Origin: Sminthopsis crassicaudata
Lineage: Eukaryota
Length of the DNA: 64,000 bases
Assembly: GCF_048593235.1 (NCBI RefSeq)
Contig: NC_133618.1
Coordinates: 475,981,294 to 476,045,293 of the forward strand
Reading direction: 5' to 3'
Below the pieces are notes generated by a model that had not been told where the DNA came from, searched no databases, and saw only the letters and a program-made list of their open reading frames with translations. Position 1 is the first letter of the stretch. Each line of letters opens with the position of its first letter. The translations under genes were made by a program, and so were the position numbers. This document shows positions 60,992 through 64,000 of this stretch, piece by piece.

Positions 60992-61979
60992 AATATTTAT
61001 ACTTTGGAAATCAGCAAATACTTGAAATTAGCACTTTATTTACATTTTTGTTGATTGTCTGAACTTAAGAGAACAATAGAAAAAAAAGTATTAATGCAGA
61101 TTAAACTTAAAAGTGTTGTCTAGGCACATCTCCCCTCTCCAACTGGTTGTTAAACATTTACCATTACATTCCTCACTAAAACCTCTTCAGGAAATAAGAA
61201 CTTGAGGCAACATATTACAGAAACAAATATATTTAGAAAGATAGAATACTAGTTACAAGAAACTCAAAGGCCCTCTAGATTAAACCTTGAATAAAGAAAT
61301 GTCTTCCTCCTAATTTATCTTGCATATATCTTATTTGTCCAGAGTTATTTGCATGTTGTTCCCCTCATCAGAATGTGCTGACTTTGAGAACAAAAACTGT
61401 TTTTGCTTTTCTTTCGATCTCCAACACTTAGAACAATATCTGAAATACAGTAGGTGTTTAATAAATGCTGATTGGTTGACTAAGACCCTCTCTTCAAACT
61501 GGTTTATTTTTTGATCATTGAACTGAGTAGTCCATCTCCCACCTTTCCCTTTGCATCTGCCACCCTTCAATGCATACCTTTCTCATTTCTACTTCTTAAA
61601 AACTCTGGCTTTATTCAAGGCTTAGATCCTGTGCAATTTCCTTCAGAATGCCTAGAAAATCACATAATTTCAGAGCAGTAATCTAGCTTTTCTACAAGAG
61701 GGGGAAAAAAATCTCGATAACTACAAGTCTTTATTATCAGCTCTGATGATATGAATGCAAAAACAAACACAAGCAAAAACAATCCCTGCCCTCAAAGACT
61801 TTACAATCCAAAGTGAGAAGATAACACACAAAGAGAAGCTACAAATAGTGAGGGGAGAGCTAGTCAGTAGAGGATAAGAGAAAATGGAAGAGAACTCAGA
61901 GAAGACCCAAAATAATCTTATGAGGACTAGTGATCAATAAACCTTTGCTTGGAAACCACAGATAAAGAAAACCCCAGCA

Positions 61980-63170
61980 TCTATCCAGGGAGCCCATTCC
62001 ATTTTGGGTTAGCTTTATTTAGTAGAGTATGCTTTCTTGATGTTGAGCCTAAAATTGATTCTTTGCAATTTCTATCTAGTTGTGTTCTCTGGGGTCAAGT
62101 GAAATGGGCCTAATCCATCTTCTATGTGACTGTCTTTTAGTTTCTTGAAAACCGAACTCCTTGAATTCTTTGCTTTTCCAGGCTAATTATTCCTGGTTTA
62201 TTTTGTTGTTTAGTCATTTCAGTAATGTGTCTGACTCTTTGTGACTTCAGCTCTGCTTTTCTTGGCAGAGATACTGGAGTGGTTTGCCATTTTCTTCTCC
62301 AGCTCATTTTATAAATGAGGAAATTGAGGCAACAGGGTTAAGTGACTTGCTCAGGATCACACAGCTAGAAAATGTCTAAGGCTGTATTTAAACTCAAGTC
62401 TTCCTGACTCTACACCCAATTCTATGTTTTCTATGCCATCTCACTGCCTCTTCCCAGCTTATATGATTATATTTTTAGAGTTGGAGGGACCTCAGAGGCA
62501 TCAACCTCCTCATTGTATCTAATGAGAAAACTGAGGCAGAGGAAAATTAAATGACTTATGCAAAGTCATTGAGGGAAAAAAACTCAGAGGCAAGATGTGA
62601 ATCCAGCTTTTATTTCAATTTCACCGGTCTTTATGCTATGCCATATTACCACTCCCTTCAACTACTTCTAACATGACAAGAATTGAAGGGTATCTTCTAT
62701 CCTGAATATCCCCCCCCCCTTTAGACCCTATAAGTCCAGGTATCAAATGTAGTGTCCAGAAAGTAATAAAATACTGCAAGAATGCTTCAATCAAGATTGG
62801 GTTCTGGATATATATATATAGTAGGACCATCAGCTTCTTATTGCAGGAAAACATGCTTTTCCCATTATAGTGATTTCACATTAGCTCTTTTATGCTACTG
62901 TGTCATATTGTTCACTCATATACATTCATGTATCCAAATCTGAAATTTCTAAATCTTTTTCAAGCACCATGCTTTCTAACTTTGTCCCTGAAACATTTTA
63001 CTTGTGTTTAACGAATTGTTTGAAACCAAGTCTAAAACTTTGCATTCATCCCTATTTAATTTCATCTTATTAGACTTGGCCAAATGAGCCAGTTTGTCAA
63101 AATCTTGTCGGGTCCTGACTATCATCTAGCTATTTCTCTCTATTACTGAAAATTTGATAAAGATGCTACC
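61980..63170 (-). mobile_element. CR1/L3 RT C-terminus and 3' region, split by SINEs
   Basis: Minus strand QDFDKLAHLAKSNKMKLNRDECKVLDL near 63040-63110. Confidence 0.8.
62201..62455 (-). mobile_element. MAR1-type CORE-SINE
   Basis: cttggcagagatactggagtggtttgccatt..gaggaaattgaggcaacagggttaagtgacttg. Confidence 0.9.
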
Positions 63171-63519
63171 CAATTTCTTTATATTCTCATTTACCTACAC
63201 TACTTTGAGACTTCTTTTCTTACTATCCTCTCCCCCTTTGATTAGAGGCAGAGCCATGAGCTCCAGACCACCTATTAATGTTGAGGTGACTCAACATTAG
63301 TTGAGTTTTTCTTAAGTTTTTTAAAGTACTTTAATAGCATGCAATAACACATGTATTCGCATGAAGGAATTTAGCAATTACTTTAATAAAACCTAAGTAA
63401 ACTTGATCAACACTATTTTCCGTGATGCATTGTTAGAGGACTTGGACACTACTCGTGGCTCTGTCACTTTTTAATTATGAAACTTTGGGTTTCGATTAAG
63501 AAAATTCCTTAATACATAG

Positions 63520-63920
63520 TTTCAGAAAAAGCCTGGGAACACATGAACTGATGCAAAGTGAAGTGAGCAGAGGGAGCAGAACAATCTACACAGTGATAGC
63601 AAGATTGCAAAGATTGCCAGCTATGAAAGACTTAATTACTCTGATCAATATAAAGATCCACCAAACTCCAAAGGACTTATCATATAAAATGCAATCCATT
63701 TCCAGATAAAGATCTCATAGTCTTGAAGTATAGATTGAATAATTTTTTTTCTTTATTTTCTTCTTGCCCCCAGAATATAATATAGAAATATGTTTTGCAT
63801 GACTTCATTTGTATAATGGGGATCTTATTTCTTGCCTTTTCAATGAGTGGGAAAAGGGGCAAAGATAAGGAAAAAAATTGAAACTGAAAATTAAAAAAAA
63901 AAATTAAATCCTTTAACAAC
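63520..63920 (+). mobile_element. Old L1 3' fragment
   Basis: catgaactgatgcaaagtgaagtgagcag..ctatgaaagacttaattactctgatcaat. Confidence 0.8.
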
Positions 63921-64000
63921 TCTGCTTCTTAATTTCCTTGCTGTCAAATGAGGGAAATAAGAGAAAGTGGCCCTTAAGGCTTCGTGTAGTTTTGAGTCTA

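Larger units (their letters stand above)
59744..61174 (-). mobile_element. MER63-like MITE split by an LTR
   Basis: caggagtatgctggagc..aaattttcattgtgaacat | atttatactttggaaatcagc..gcagattaaacttaaaagtg..taaacatttacc. Confidence 0.7.

Overview
This is AT-rich, strongly CpG-depleted eukaryotic DNA from a marsupial, most likely a dasyurid (Tasmanian-devil-like). The assignment rests on WSINE1-type and MAR1-type CORE-SINEs, RTE remnants and the L1 3' UTR type. The draft assembly has N gaps next to purine-rich simple repeats. I can support no host protein-coding exon, tRNA, rRNA or CRISPR array. The ORFs in the track come from microsatellites, gaps or transposon remnants; the only long clean one (46859-47422) is the L1 ORF2 C-terminus. 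Most of the window is a layered TE fossil record: CR1/L3, L2, RTE, old and young L1, CORE-SINEs, hAT MITEs and four ERV LTRs. Several blocks of 0.4-0.9 kb with no TE I recognise carry clustered developmental TF motifs, suggesting a gene-desert or large-intron regulatory landscape. The most notable items are: (1) a perfect SOX+octamer composite with FGF4-type 3-bp spacing at 48408-48425; (2) a CR1 fossil retaining ORF1 esterase, endonuclease, RT end and tail; (3) a 143-bp templated duplication; (4) an L2 inserted inside an L1 inside an L2; (5) an LTR whose U3 tandem repeat resembles the CORE-SINE core. All family names are from memory of consensus sequences, not from database searches.
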